From IMG/VR virus record IMGVR_UViG_3300028388_002189, positions 17,259-81,258 of that record: DNA of 64,000 nucleotides. One strand, given 5' to 3'. The stretch is from a virus. Shown piece by piece: positions 45,922-55,910 of the stretch; position 1 is the stretch's first letter, and the number at the start of each line of letters is the position of its first letter. Both the position numbers and the translations under genes were made by a program. Below the pieces are notes generated by a model that was not told the origin of the DNA, did not search any database, and saw only the letters and a program-made list of their open reading frames with translations.

Positions 45922-46641
45922 TCACTTTTTATTAGGAAACCAATATTTTTGGTCGTCAAAGGCAATAACACGATGTAAGGTCTTTGCTGCTTCTTGGGCG
46001 GTGTCTGCGTCTTTAGGTGCATCATACTTGTAAGTAGTGTGTTGATTGCCGATAGGTTCGATAGTCTTAGGTACTGTCTTAACGACGTTAGATTCTATTC
46101 TAACCTCATTTACGCCTTTTTGGTAGACATCATTGTCAGTGTCTTCAATATCTGCCTTGATACTAAACGTCCAAGTCTTTTCATAGATCACTGTATCTAC
46201 ATCCACAGAGTCGCTGACAGTAAAAGACTCTCTGAATACATGGTAAGCGTCACCATTTACTTCGATTGAATCTCTAGGTAGCAAACGAGACTCAACCCAA
46301 CGAGTCAACTCTCGATCTTCCCAGGCGCTAAGCGAGTAACTTGTAACTTCATAGGTGATGTCATAGTACTCAGCCATGCGCCTCATCACAAAAGTTGGAG
46401 GTGTCGTATTAAAGTCTACGTCTACAACCCGATCCATATCAGAGTCGTACAATTCAGTATCGGGTACCATGCCTTGGAATAATACTGAGATTGAAGGGAA
46501 CCTTCTTTCGGGTGCTTCTTCTAGGTCGGGGTAGTCTACAAAGACAGGGACACCAATCTCCCGACCATTACGATCTCTCATTACTTTACCTGCGAAGCGA
46601 TTAACAAACGCTTCTTCTAGCTTCCAAAAGGGCACCGCCAT
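45922..46641 (-). CDS. tail terminator/neck protein
   Basis: FPSISV, YDITYEV; directly upstream of the sheath gene. Confidence 0.65.
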   Translation of the reverse strand: MAVPFWKLEEAFVNRFAGKVMRDRNGREIGVPVFVDYPDLEEAPERRFPSISVLFQGMVPDTELYDSDMDRVVDVDFNTTPPTFVMRRMAEYYDITYEVTSYSLSAWEDRELTRWVESRLLPRDSIEVNGDAYHVFRESFTVSDSVDVDTVIYEKTWTFSIKADIEDTDNDVYQKGVNEVRIESNVVKTVPKTIEPIGNQHTTYKYDAPKDADTAQEAAKTLHRVIAFDDQKYWFPNKK

Positions 46642-46642
46642 C

Positions 46643-47218
46643 TTACTTGCCCTCTCTCAGATACTTTTTAAATCGAGCAGTCATCGTCTTTTGACTCTGT
46701 GTTAGCCATATATCTAAGATCTTATCTTTATGACCTTCTTGGAAGTAAGGCAAACAAGTAGCGTCAAGTCTGCTTAATACAGTAGATACCCTTGCTACGG
46801 TGTCCATCTCATAGTGGAAGTTTGCTTTTGCGTCACGCTTGTTCCCACCATTACGCAAATTCATAGTGACCTTTAACTTATCACCATCAACCACAATACC
46901 GTAGTGCATATGAGCTTTGAAGATATATGAAATTGGGTTGGGGTTATCGTAGTGAGGTTTGTGACTACCATGTGAAGAGTTTTCAAACTGCCGAGTACCT
47001 ACAGTCCCTTTGTAGTTACCATCGATAAGACGACTTTTTAATACAGGTAGCCTCTTCTTCTTCAATACATCCCTAAACATAGGCATGATGATCTTCAAGA
47101 AGTCTGGGCGACCAAGTTTGGTTTTAGCCATTTCCTTTGCAAAACGAGGACCTGTAGTATTAATCTTAACACCAAGCCATGATCCCGAAGTACTAATGTG
47201 AAAATTTCTTTTACTCAT
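46643..47218 (-). CDS. neck/tail completion protein (putative)
   Basis: basic protein in the head-tail joining position; likely start ATG 47218. Confidence 0.5.
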   Translation of the reverse strand: MSKRNFHISTSGSWLGVKINTTGPRFAKEMAKTKLGRPDFLKIIMPMFRDVLKKKRLPVLKSRLIDGNYKGTVGTRQFENSSHGSHKPHYDNPNPISYIFKAHMHYGIVVDGDKLKVTMNLRNGGNKRDAKANFHYEMDTVARVSTVLSRLDATCLPYFQEGHKDKILDIWLTQSQKTMTARFKKYLREGK

Positions 47219-47648
47219 AGTCTTCCTCCTTAGCGCCAAGTTTCTCTCTAAGAAGAATATACATGAGGAGAGGTTCATCTCCAACTCTGCTTGTGAAAGA
47301 TGCTTGAGTGATCCTCCACACACGGTTGTCGAAGACAATAAGATCACTCGTAGTGACCATCTCCTTTAGAGCCGTAGACCTACCAAACAGTTCTCTTAGG
47401 AAAGCAACAGGTACGGTAATCTCTGCGTTCCTTTCAGAACTATCTCCAACAGGTCCCATACGCTCTTCGTTTGGGTGGCGAGCAACTTTTACTTTTAAGT
47501 CATACGGCGCTTCATATATGCGCTTTCTCTGACGGTAGATACCACCTGTAGCAGAAGGCACATACTTTAATAGTCTAACGACCTCGCCATATGTTTTATG
47601 AGTGCGGATTATCGCCTTTTCCGCCCTGCCCTCTATCGACCTACTCAT
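47211..47648 (-). CDS. head closure protein (putative)
   Basis: position; DLIVFDNRVWRI beta-rich pattern. Confidence 0.6.
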   Translation of the reverse strand: MSRSIEGRAEKAIIRTHKTYGEVVRLLKYVPSATGGIYRQRKRIYEAPYDLKVKVARHPNEERMGPVGDSSERNAEITVPVAFLRELFGRSTALKEMVTTSDLIVFDNRVWRITQASFTSRVGDEPLLMYILLREKLGAKEEDYE

Positions 47649-48436
47649 GTCAAGTCTACACTTGCAGACTCTGTGTAAGACACCAAGTCGTTAGAGTTGT
47701 ATATTGCTAAACGATAATAATACACTTGACCAAAACTTGGCTGATCAAAGTAAATATTGTCGTGATTATCGCTAGAAGCAAAGACCGAAGAAGTTGTTGA
47801 AAAGTCGGGAGACGTACTACGTTGCAAGGTGTAGTAGTTGAAGTATTCGTCATAGACAATACCCCAAGTAACTTGAACCTTTTGACCTATAACCGATACC
47901 GCAAAACCCTCTGGAGGTGCGATAGGTTTGTCATAGACATATGGCATACGGCGACCTGTTCTCAGCGACATACGCGACATGGTGTATTGCTGAATCTCTG
48001 CGCCCTCTTCACCACGATCTTGAAGACGTGCAAGAGCAGACAAGTACTCTTCTTCCAACTTTGCCGCTAGACGCAACCAATACTTTGGTCCGTCTAAAGG
48101 CATTTGCTGTCGCTGTACCGTCAGTTGAGGCACAGTGACAATCTGATCGGGGACATCGGGGAAGTCTTCAACATCTGAAGACGCCCCTTCTGCACCACGA
48201 ACGTAACACATATTAACTGTAGCGCGAACTTCTGCCAAGTATTCGTACTTCACAGGAAGTGTCGCGACAGTATAGTTGCTGTCTAAGTCGAGGTTAATCC
48301 GACCAAGACCACTTTGGATAGAGTCTATATAGTACTCATCCAAATAAAGAGGACGACCATCCTCGCGAGAGGTATGACTGACATTATCATGTACTCGCGC
48401 TCTAATGCGCCTTATCAGTGAGTTAACATCAGCCAT
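47645..48436 (-). CDS. head-tail adaptor with a C-terminal FN3-like domain
   Basis: LIRRIRARVHD N-terminus; VTW..YTLQRS..YFD..YYYRL FN3 signature. Confidence 0.65.
   Translation of the reverse strand: MADVNSLIRRIRARVHDNVSHTSREDGRPLYLDEYYIDSIQSGLGRINLDLDSNYTVATLPVKYEYLAEVRATVNMCYVRGAEGASSDVEDFPDVPDQIVTVPQLTVQRQQMPLDGPKYWLRLAAKLEEEYLSALARLQDRGEEGAEIQQYTMSRMSLRTGRRMPYVYDKPIAPPEGFAVSVIGQKVQVTWGIVYDEYFNYYTLQRSTSPDFSTTSSVFASSDNHDNIYFDQPSFGQVYYYRLAIYNSNDLVSYTESASVDLT
47792..47803 (-). repeat. genome-wide motif, copy 9 (FSTT register)
   Basis: AGTTGTTGAAAAGT. Confidence 0.9.
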
Positions 48437-48449
48437 AGGTCAACCTCTC

Positions 48450-48755
48450 TTATATAACACGCCCTAAGTCCATAAGCCACTTAGCAAGTGGCTCGGGGAA
48501 CGTGTAAATCTCGCCTGCTTTAATGTCGTAGTTGTAGCGATGATAGCGACCCTTCATCGAAGTGGTCGCCTTCACCTTTATGTTACGAACAGGCGATTTC
48601 CTAGCAACAGGTACTTCTGCCACGGGCGCTGCTACCTTGACCTCCTCTTTAGAAGACTTCTCTGCCTTCTTCTTAGGACTCTCAGTCGCAACGACGGAAG
48701 CAATCTCTTGTGCGACAACTACAACTTCGTCTGTTTTAGTTTTCTTGCGTGACAT
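48450..48755 (-). CDS. hypothetical protein downstream of the capsid gene
   Basis: 101 aa, small C-terminal domain ending LAKWLMDLGRVI. Confidence 0.65.
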   Translation of the reverse strand: MSRKKTKTDEVVVVAQEIASVVATESPKKKAEKSSKEEVKVAAPVAEVPVARKSPVRNIKVKATTSMKGRYHRYNYDIKAGEIYTFPEPLAKWLMDLGRVI

Positions 48756-48778
48756 ATTCTATATCCTAGTAGTCGCTA

Positions 48779-49744
48779 TTAGGCAGTGAGGATGCTTACT
48801 GCATACTCTGGCTTGAGACACTCAACACCGAAGATTGAGTACCATGCAAGACCATGGGTACGACCGAAGTCCTCAACGCCGTTGTCACGGAGTTCAACAG
48901 GGAGGCTGTCCGCGATATAGAGGCACTGATCAGCGAAGACGCACGCCTTGTAACCGTCAGTAGCCATTCCTGCTTGACCAGAAACGAGAGCAGGGTCATG
49001 ACCAGGAGCGGTAGCAGCAGCAGCACCATTAGGAGCGTGAGTGGTAACGACAAAGATAACGTCTTCCCAACGACCAATCTCGCCGTTGAAGAGGTTACGA
49101 GTACCAACATACTGGTGAGCGTTAACCCAATCTGGGTCACGTCGGAGATATGCTGCTTGGTGTGGGTGGAGGAAACAGACGTAGTAGTCACCAAAGAACT
49201 TAGGTGCGTCATTGGTCTGAAGAATCTCAACTGCGTCACGGATGTGCTCGATCGTCATTGTCTCAGAAGCATCAAGATCAGCAGTACCTGCTGCGGAGGT
49301 ATCATCAGCAGCAGCGCTAATTTGACTCGCAGCACCTGCGAAAAGTGCATCACGAATCGCGAGATCGCGAGTAACAGCATAGTCACGACCGAGGAGAGTA
49401 GCTGCCTCGCCCATAACATCGTCCCAAGAAAGCTGAAGGAGCTTCTCAGAAACGTTAATCGCGTTACCCCATTCAGTAACAGTGATTGACTTCTGAGTAG
49501 CACTCATCGCGTTAGCGGAGAGAGAAACGTTCTCTGTCAACTGACCGTTACGAGCAATGTCGTCATAGATGGTGAACTTAACTACTTCACCAGGAGCAGC
49601 GAGAAGTTCTTGCTTACGAACAGCGAATTCCTCAAAGCGCATGATGCCTTGAGCGTTGTGAAGAATATCAAGGCTAAATACTTCAAGCATAGCCTGTGGA
49701 AGAGCAGTTAATCCGTTTGCTCCCGAAATTCCATTAATAGCCAT
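48779..49744 (-). CDS. major capsid protein (N4-gp56 family)
   Basis: RFEEFA, ITVTEWGNA, YVCFLHPHQ..LRRD, GEIGRWEDV, DFGRTHGLAWY. Confidence 0.93.
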   Translation of the reverse strand: MAINGISGANGLTALPQAMLEVFSLDILHNAQGIMRFEEFAVRKQELLAAPGEVVKFTIYDDIARNGQLTENVSLSANAMSATQKSITVTEWGNAINVSEKLLQLSWDDVMGEAATLLGRDYAVTRDLAIRDALFAGAASQISAAADDTSAAGTADLDASETMTIEHIRDAVEILQTNDAPKFFGDYYVCFLHPHQAAYLRRDPDWVNAHQYVGTRNLFNGEIGRWEDVIFVVTTHAPNGAAAATAPGHDPALVSGQAGMATDGYKACVFADQCLYIADSLPVELRDNGVEDFGRTHGLAWYSIFGVECLKPEYAVSILTA

Positions 49745-49775
49745 AATTGACTCCTAACTAATATTTAATTTTTAT

Positions 49776-50522
49776 TTATCTGCGAACTGAATCCATAGCT
49801 TGCGCCATGAGTTTTTGACGATACGCTTGGTACTCATCACGACTCATTTTAGAGATACGATAACGATCAGCAGTAGCGTTAACTTGTGACTGCTCGCCAT
49901 AAGGAGACATAGGGCGAGGAACATCCTGCGCCTTCTCGCTCCGTAAGCGATCTTCCACTTGCTGTCTAACAGACTGCTCACGCTCTTTGAGCATGGCAAT
50001 AGAAGCGTCAATCTCCTCGGGAGTTGACCCTTTCACCATCTCAGGGAACAGTAAACCGCTCTGCTCAATCTGCTTCTGACGATAAGACTTCACTTCACTT
50101 TCACGCACACGCGCTTCAGCCTGCTGTGAGACTTGCTCAAGTTGGCTCTTTAGAAGATTGTTCTGTTCGGCGAGCAGTTCGATCTGCTTGTTTACTTTCT
50201 CGATATCGCTCATGTTTGAGTCCTGTAAAGTGTCTAGCTTGTCCTTAGCTAGTTTTAATTCATCTAACACCTTGTCGCGCTCGGCTTGTAGGTTCTGTGA
50301 CTCTGCTTTTGTCTTCTCAAGAGACTTATACAGTTTGTCCTTTTCCTCTTGCCTAGCCTTCTTAAGCATTTCCTCTAACTGACTCTTGGTATACACATCC
50401 TCAGATTGTGCTTTCTCTACCTTTGCTTCAGTCTTGGGTGCTTCTTCAGCTTGTGGGGGTTGCTGTGCGCTCGCTTGACTAGATTCTGTGTTCGCTGGCG
50501 TAGTGTTTGTCGTATCATTCAT
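49776..50522 (-). CDS. capsid scaffolding protein
   Basis: coiled coil, ARQEEKDKLY, KMSRDEYQAYRQKL; directly upstream of the MCP. Confidence 0.85.
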   Translation of the reverse strand: MNDTTNTTPANTESSQASAQQPPQAEEAPKTEAKVEKAQSEDVYTKSQLEEMLKKARQEEKDKLYKSLEKTKAESQNLQAERDKVLDELKLAKDKLDTLQDSNMSDIEKVNKQIELLAEQNNLLKSQLEQVSQQAEARVRESEVKSYRQKQIEQSGLLFPEMVKGSTPEEIDASIAMLKEREQSVRQQVEDRLRSEKAQDVPRPMSPYGEQSQVNATADRYRISKMSRDEYQAYRQKLMAQAMDSVRR

Positions 50523-50567
50523 CTGTCTATTAGCCCTTTAATATTTCGCTAGGTGTTGAATCAAAAC

Positions 50568-50771
50568 TTAGCGGAGGATGTCAACCTTTGGCGCTCGTCG
50601 TGAGTGCATACCCTCAATGTTTGAATACATAACAAGTGATCCACCCTCGACCTTAGCTTTGTTAGGGCGGTTTCTCATGTTGAAGTAATCAGTCTGACCA
50701 CGGTCGCGAGTAGTAGAGTCTTGACCTGGACGGTTTGAAGGCTGTGAACGGTTAGTTGATTGCATAGGCAT
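50568..50771 (-). CDS. small basic hypothetical protein
   Basis: 67 aa, GGAGG RBS, follows a promoter. Confidence 0.6.
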   Translation of the reverse strand: MPMQSTNRSQPSNRPGQDSTTRDRGQTDYFNMRNRPNKAKVEGGSLVMYSNIEGMHSRRAPKVDILR

Positions 50772-50810
50772 AGCCTACCTCCGATCTAAAAATGTGAACG
50801 ATTAATTTGC

Positions 50811-50839
50811 ATTATGGAACATATTACTATGCTCGTCAA
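50811..50839 (-). promoter_or_regulatory. sigma70-like promoter upstream of the scaffold/capsid genes
   Basis: TTGACG (50839-50834) - 17 nt - CATAAT (50816-50811). Confidence 0.6.
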
Positions 50840-50845
50840 ATAGGA

Positions 50846-51817
50846 TTATATCACAAGCGGTTCAATACTGCACATACAGTTAGGGTGGGGCAAGTCGGGC
50901 AAACTGCTAGAAGTATACAAACCATTCAAAGACCCAGAGAAACCACTTGGTATACTACTACTAACGTCTGATCCTGTAGAAACAGACAAAACTTCGCAAA
51001 TTTCTGTACCGCCATAACTCTTGTGCGCCGCGCTCAATCTCCAATAAAAGAAAGAAACACCAATCGCTCGCATCGCTTCGACTGTTGCTCTCTGCATTGC
51101 TCTGTTCTGCTCAGTACGGTTGATCCTACTCATGGTCTTGGCGACACACGCCCTATTAGATCCTTTGGGGTCTACTAAAGACTTCTTTAGCTTAGAACGG
51201 TCTTTGATCCGATCAAGCATTCCCATTTCCATGCGCTTCTTTAACTCTGCCTCCATTCGACCACCAACTGAAGCAAGCCTTTGTGCAGTGTTCATACCAC
51301 TCTTACCTGTGGGTTGATTATAGATCCTCCGCGCTTCTGTACGCGCAAGTTGTCTTATGGTCGCCATAGGTAATAAGTCTTTATTTGGGAGAGATCGTCT
51401 AACGCCTATAAGATAGGTCTTCACAGAACCTTCCAAGTTATCAAGTATCTGATCTCTAGCCTCATTCAGCGTCTCTCGCACCACCTGCTCTAGCTGCCTA
51501 CCTAACTCAGACTTTTCAACAACTCTAAGTTCCCCTGTAGTTCGGTTTCTGCGTCGATCAAAACGCATATATGCTTGCTCTGCTTTGCTGATCCCTTTGA
51601 GCATTAGAGTACGAACTTTACCCTCTTGGGTAGGTAGTCGATTCAAGATACGACGCTTAGCGTCTGCTATCTCAAAGTTACGCTCACCCTTTTTCACACT
51701 TGCAGGTCTTGCCTCTAACTCAAGCGTAGCACCTGTGACGGTCTTAACCTTATGAGTATTAGAAAGTAGACCACTGCCTTTAGAGGTGGCTTGAGGTGTA
51801 AACTTCTTTCTAGCCAT
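50846..51817 (-). CDS. head morphogenesis protein (Mu gpF/SPP1 gp7-like)
   Basis: RINRTEQNRA, WRLSAAH, ICE, PHPNCMC. Confidence 0.8.
   Translation of the reverse strand: MARKKFTPQATSKGSGLLSNTHKVKTVTGATLELEARPASVKKGERNFEIADAKRRILNRLPTQEGKVRTLMLKGISKAEQAYMRFDRRRNRTTGELRVVEKSELGRQLEQVVRETLNEARDQILDNLEGSVKTYLIGVRRSLPNKDLLPMATIRQLARTEARRIYNQPTGKSGMNTAQRLASVGGRMEAELKKRMEMGMLDRIKDRSKLKKSLVDPKGSNRACVAKTMSRINRTEQNRAMQRATVEAMRAIGVSFFYWRLSAAHKSYGGTEICEVLSVSTGSDVSSSIPSGFSGSLNGLYTSSSLPDLPHPNCMCSIEPLVI
51513..51524 (+). repeat. genome-wide motif, copy 10 (VVEK register)
   Basis: ACTTTTCAACAACT. Confidence 0.9.
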
Positions 51818-53420
51818 CTAACATTTCCGAAGTCTTAGTATTAGAAATCGCCATACCCGCCGAGTCTGGGTTAGGTCTACGAGGGTTTGGGTTACCGCTA
51901 GGTGGTTTAGGTCCTTCATCAAGAGACGGGATTTCAACCTCTTCAACTTCGGTCTCATCCATAAACTTTTGACCGATCGAAAACTCTAACTCTGCCAACT
52001 CTTCTCGCTCTTCTTGTATGTCTTCCTTAATCTTCTCTATCTCTCTTTGAGACATACCCATCTTCTGCATCTCAAATCTCTTAGAAGTTAGGTTCAGATC
52101 AAGACGCTTAGTCGCTCGGTCTAACTCAACACTCTCGTCTCTCGGTAGAGGAGAAGGGAAGACAATCTCGTTACGATATTTATTGCTCTCGTTGAGACGA
52201 TCAAACTTCCTACCAAACTCATTAGACGTCAACGCTGTAATCTTCATGATCAAACGATTAATCAAGCGTAGACCTGCACCGTAAGTCTGTACCTTTACCT
52301 GTCGAGCTTCTAACATAGGCATATATCGCATAGATACTGAAGCGCCTGTCTCTCGATTGTTAATATTAGACGTGAGCGCAATCTCTGGGACACCTCCCAC
52401 CTCATGCATCGCTTTCTTAATACGATCAAGATACTCCATACTTGGCGCGAGTTCGCCATTCAAAGCTAAGTTCTCTACAGAAGCATTTTCGGGCAAACCC
52501 CACATACGATTAGCACCACGCTCTAGTTGTGTTAGTTTCGCACCCTTGACAATCGTTACGGGTGAACCATGGTAGTTGATCACATCAGAGATGTCTGTCG
52601 CCTTCTCGTTATATTCACGCTGAAGGTTGATTACATCTGCCAGATCAGAGCGACCATAGAACTCACCCGCTACAGGGTAGTTAGGGATATGAACGATCGG
52701 GATCTCGCCAAGAGGGTTTGGTCTTTCACGCTCACCGCCATGGGGGTCATACTCAATAACCTTGTCAGCGAACCAACGCTCTCCATACCACTCCACATTA
52801 TGTGAAGGTATATCACCAAAACGATTGGTCGAAGAAGCATCGCCATTCTTGAACCGAGGGAACAGTATTAAGATAGAGTTAACCTTCTTACGGTCTACTC
52901 CATGAGGTCCGCCAAATGAAGGGAATACATACTGACTCGGCAAGACATCAACACGCGCATAAGGCGCTTCGATGGGGTCGCTATCCTCCCATGAGACACG
53001 GACAAAGACGTCGCCTGTAATAGCGCCCATCTGCGCCATCTCAAAAGCAACTAACTCTCGCCTGTTCTTCATCCAAGTAGCTTCTAACATAAGACGAACA
53101 AACTCTCTGTCTTCGTCTTCTTTAGCTGGCGTCGCAGGATCATCGGGAATCGTTACCGAAAAGCCACCCTTCATCAAGAAGTTGACGTTAGCATCAACGA
53201 ATCTTCGGCAGTAGTTCATTGTCACAAAAGGTTCATTAACGTCTCTCGTATGATCCCAATGCTTACCACTGTAAAATCGCTTAAACTCTCTGTACCGCTG
53301 AAGACGTGCTGAGTGTTCAAGTTCTGTTGAAGTCACAAGTTGATAAACGTTCGCGTCAGAACTGCCATACGGTGTACCCGCGATGATACCTCTACTGATT
53401 AAAGCCATATTCAATCCCAC
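51810..53420 (-). CDS. portal protein (SPP1 gp6-like)
   Basis: FYSGKHW, NYCRRFVD, TGDVF, NPLGEIPIVHIPN, GRSDL, follows TerL. Confidence 0.92.
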   Translation of the reverse strand: MGLNMALISRGIIAGTPYGSSDANVYQLVTSTELEHSARLQRYREFKRFYSGKHWDHTRDVNEPFVTMNYCRRFVDANVNFLMKGGFSVTIPDDPATPAKEDEDREFVRLMLEATWMKNRRELVAFEMAQMGAITGDVFVRVSWEDSDPIEAPYARVDVLPSQYVFPSFGGPHGVDRKKVNSILILFPRFKNGDASSTNRFGDIPSHNVEWYGERWFADKVIEYDPHGGERERPNPLGEIPIVHIPNYPVAGEFYGRSDLADVINLQREYNEKATDISDVINYHGSPVTIVKGAKLTQLERGANRMWGLPENASVENLALNGELAPSMEYLDRIKKAMHEVGGVPEIALTSNINNRETGASVSMRYMPMLEARQVKVQTYGAGLRLINRLIMKITALTSNEFGRKFDRLNESNKYRNEIVFPSPLPRDESVELDRATKRLDLNLTSKRFEMQKMGMSQREIEKIKEDIQEEREELAELEFSIGQKFMDETEVEEVEIPSLDEGPKPPSGNPNPRRPNPDSAGMAISNTKTSEMLDG

Positions 53421-53629
53421 TTTCTATGTACGATAGGTTCGCGATCTTTCCGTAAGCCGACGCGAGTCTTAGGTGCGCTCATTTTAATCTGTATTGACGA
53501 TTTAAGCCACTCTCCTACGCACTTTGGTGACTGGTCTAATAAATCACCATTGGATAGCGCTTTCTTAACGTAGCGCTCAGATAGACCGCTTAGTTCACAT
53601 ATCTGCTCTAGACTTAACTTACCATCCAT
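53411..53629 (-). CDS. small HTH protein between TerL and portal
   Basis: LSLEQICELSGLSERYVKKAL; likely start ATG 53629. Confidence 0.55.
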   Translation of the reverse strand: MDGKLSLEQICELSGLSERYVKKALSNGDLLDQSPKCVGEWLKSSIQIKMSAPKTRVGLRKDREPIVHRKWD

Positions 53630-55331
53630 CGAACTTCCTCCTCGCCCTACCTGGTTTGATCTGCGAAGAATAACGCCTTCTCGTATCACTCACAGCGTTA
53701 CCCAAGAAAGGATTACTTGCAGTCTCCGCTGAGATCATCTTCCTGTTCACCAAGTAACACAACATCATCAAAGAGTCACTGTAGTCATCATGCCCCTCAG
53801 ACTTGCCCTTCTTACCTCCTGTTGGAGCTTTGACGTCCATGTACTTCCCACGCCAATCCTTCTGTAACTCGTACATCTCACGAACAAACTTCTGCCAACG
53901 CTTATAGCTTTTAGAGTGATCGCTTGCAGGATATGTTAAACGCTGTACCTTCATCTCTTGATACATGATCGTGTACCCCTCATGCTTTGATCGCTGAGAG
54001 AAGATAAATGGGTGAACATCAATCCCGTCTTCGTACAAGTCCGCTTTAAGTCGATCAAAGATCGGATCACCTCTACCTGTAGCGTCAACAATCATAGAAC
54101 CAATCTTGTAGTTACTAAGGAAGTCTAAGATCTGTGGGTACTGTGTCTCATGGTCGTCTCCTTGGATCTCTAACCAGTTGACAACATGAAGATGATAACG
54201 GTCTTCGCCTGCAAACATGATGGGGTTGTCCCACCATACTTTACCCACGGTGACTACTGTTGAGTCGTTTGAACGCCCAATGTCGATCGAAGCAACCATA
54301 TTCTCAGTCGCATTGTCGTTGTAATAATGACTCTCGTTGCGCTTGAAGTGGACATACTTGCCTTTCTTCTTTACGCGCAACCTATCGGTCTTACGGATGC
54401 CACACGCATCGAAGATCTCTGGCGCAATAAAGTGCCCTCGCTCCAACATCCAATGTAGGCGGTAGGACATTCGGAACTCGTCAGAGTCATATCCTAAACG
54501 CTCTATCTCCTTCTCTATGTATGCCCCATACCTAGGGTTGTATTTAGCAGGATATTCATAGTCGTACTGAAAGTGATTAGGTAGATCGTTAGGTCCTAGA
54601 GCCGCCGTCTTCTTACGGTTGCGCTCGCAAGCATCAAAGAACTCATTTTTCTGTGCGTTAGGTGTACCAATCTTGATCATTGTCGCGTTGGTGCTCGCAC
54701 CCATGGGGTGGATCGACTTACGGATCTTGTAGTTTGAGATGTCCTGGGTCTCTTCACAAATAAGTAGATGGTAGGTCTTACCTTCAATGTTGGACTGAGG
54801 ACCTGCACTGTTAGCGTCTACAAAACTACCATTAGGTAGTCGTAACACCTTGCGCCCACCTTGTAAGTCAATGCCTAACTCTGGGTCTTTCAAAACTTGT
54901 AACATGGTCTCAGACTGCATACGGTTTGCCATTCGACTATGCATGACACCCGCAAGTTCATAGTTAGGTGCAAATATGCCTACCCATAACCCATTCTTGA
55001 ACTTGTTAATGCGATCATCCTCTTTGAGACCTGCGGTCTTGGCTAAGGTAGGTAAGATCACGCTCAAACCAACGATCGCCACTGAAACACTTTCAGTCTT
55101 ACCAGACTGACGGGCGAACAAAGCGGTGATCTCTTCACCGTCTTCAAGGATAACTGATTGGCAGATACGGCGAGCAAATGCTTCTTGGTATGGATAAAGA
55201 GATACGCCTGTCGCTTCTATACAAAACTGAAAACATTTCTCTGCGATATCTAGTAGTTCTTTTCGCGTTAAAGGATGTGAAGGACCTTTAGGTTTCCTAC
55301 CTCCTCTGCGCTTCTTTATCTCAGTGCCCAT
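53619..55331 (-). CDS. terL: terminase large subunit
   Basis: LYPYQ, ARQSGKT, LLICEETQD, IGTP, SIDIG..DSTV, VDATG.GD, HDDYSDS. Confidence 0.95.
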   Translation of the reverse strand: MGTEIKKRRGGRKPKGPSHPLTRKELLDIAEKCFQFCIEATGVSLYPYQEAFARRICQSVILEDGEEITALFARQSGKTESVSVAIVGLSVILPTLAKTAGLKEDDRINKFKNGLWVGIFAPNYELAGVMHSRMANRMQSETMLQVLKDPELGIDLQGGRKVLRLPNGSFVDANSAGPQSNIEGKTYHLLICEETQDISNYKIRKSIHPMGASTNATMIKIGTPNAQKNEFFDACERNRKKTAALGPNDLPNHFQYDYEYPAKYNPRYGAYIEKEIERLGYDSDEFRMSYRLHWMLERGHFIAPEIFDACGIRKTDRLRVKKKGKYVHFKRNESHYYNDNATENMVASIDIGRSNDSTVVTVGKVWWDNPIMFAGEDRYHLHVVNWLEIQGDDHETQYPQILDFLSNYKIGSMIVDATGRGDPIFDRLKADLYEDGIDVHPFIFSQRSKHEGYTIMYQEMKVQRLTYPASDHSKSYKRWQKFVREMYELQKDWRGKYMDVKAPTGGKKGKSEGHDDYSDSLMMLCYLVNRKMISAETASNPFLGNAVSDTRRRYSSQIKPGRARRKFDGW

Positions 55332-55335
55332 ACGT

Positions 55336-55827
55336 TTACTTCTTCTTCCTATTCTTCATAATCTTCCGAGCCCTAACGTGAAGTTCTTTGTCCGCAGTCT
55401 TAGTGGTCTTTCCCCCTTGAACAAAAGACAACACCCTCGCCCTAGACCATGCCGCTTGAGAAGCACCAGGTCTTCTACCTGTAGCCCAAGCCCTAGCACC
55501 TCTTTCATGAACTTGTCTAAGGATACCTAAAGGATACCCTGTAGCCTTTGCGACAGCCTTTAAGTAAGCCTCTTTGCCTTTACCGTTCATGTTCTCTTGT
55601 ATCTTCTTCTTTAGACCACTCTTCTGTGCTTGACGTGTGTAACGCCCTGTCTTGGGTTTAGCTTTGTTGTCTCCCGCCATAGGTCCGTAGTTAGGCTTAC
55701 CTTCCCTAGACGCCTTGGCTCTACGTCGTATCTGCTTCTCTCTCTCTTCTTTGTCTTTCTTAGAGAGACCTGCGGTGTACTTCTTCGGGACTTTGGTCTT
55801 TTTAGTTTTAGAAGGACGTTTAGCCAT
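55336..55827 (-). CDS. basic DUF5824-like protein
   Basis: VPKKY, LRQVHERGARAWATGRRPGASQAAWSRARVLSFVQGGKT..ADKEL. Confidence 0.7.
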   Translation of the reverse strand: MAKRPSKTKKTKVPKKYTAGLSKKDKEEREKQIRRRAKASREGKPNYGPMAGDNKAKPKTGRYTRQAQKSGLKKKIQENMNGKGKEAYLKAVAKATGYPLGILRQVHERGARAWATGRRPGASQAAWSRARVLSFVQGGKTTKTADKELHVRARKIMKNRKKK

Positions 55828-55840
55828 GATGTTTCCCTTG

Positions 55841-55890
55841 CACTTATATATAGAGTGATTCTTATATATATATACTATATAAGATCGAGA
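55841..55890 (-). promoter_or_regulatory. TATA-rich repeated element (copy 3) at the head of the packaging/structural operon
   Basis: CACTTATATATAGAGTGATTCTTATATATATATACTATATAAGA. Confidence 0.55.
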
Positions 55891-55910
55891 CTAAAGAAAC
55901 GAGAGGGCAT

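Noticed and set aside
23409-46641. Stand-alone eCIS/tailocin locus
   Set aside because: Terminase, portal, scaffold and capsid genes are contiguous with it, so it is a phage tail
39498-49489. Long + strand ORFs antisense to TMP, sheath and capsid (e.g. 41665-42282, 48854-49489)
   Set aside because: Antisense shadows of strongly supported minus-strand genes, with no RBS or recognisable motifs
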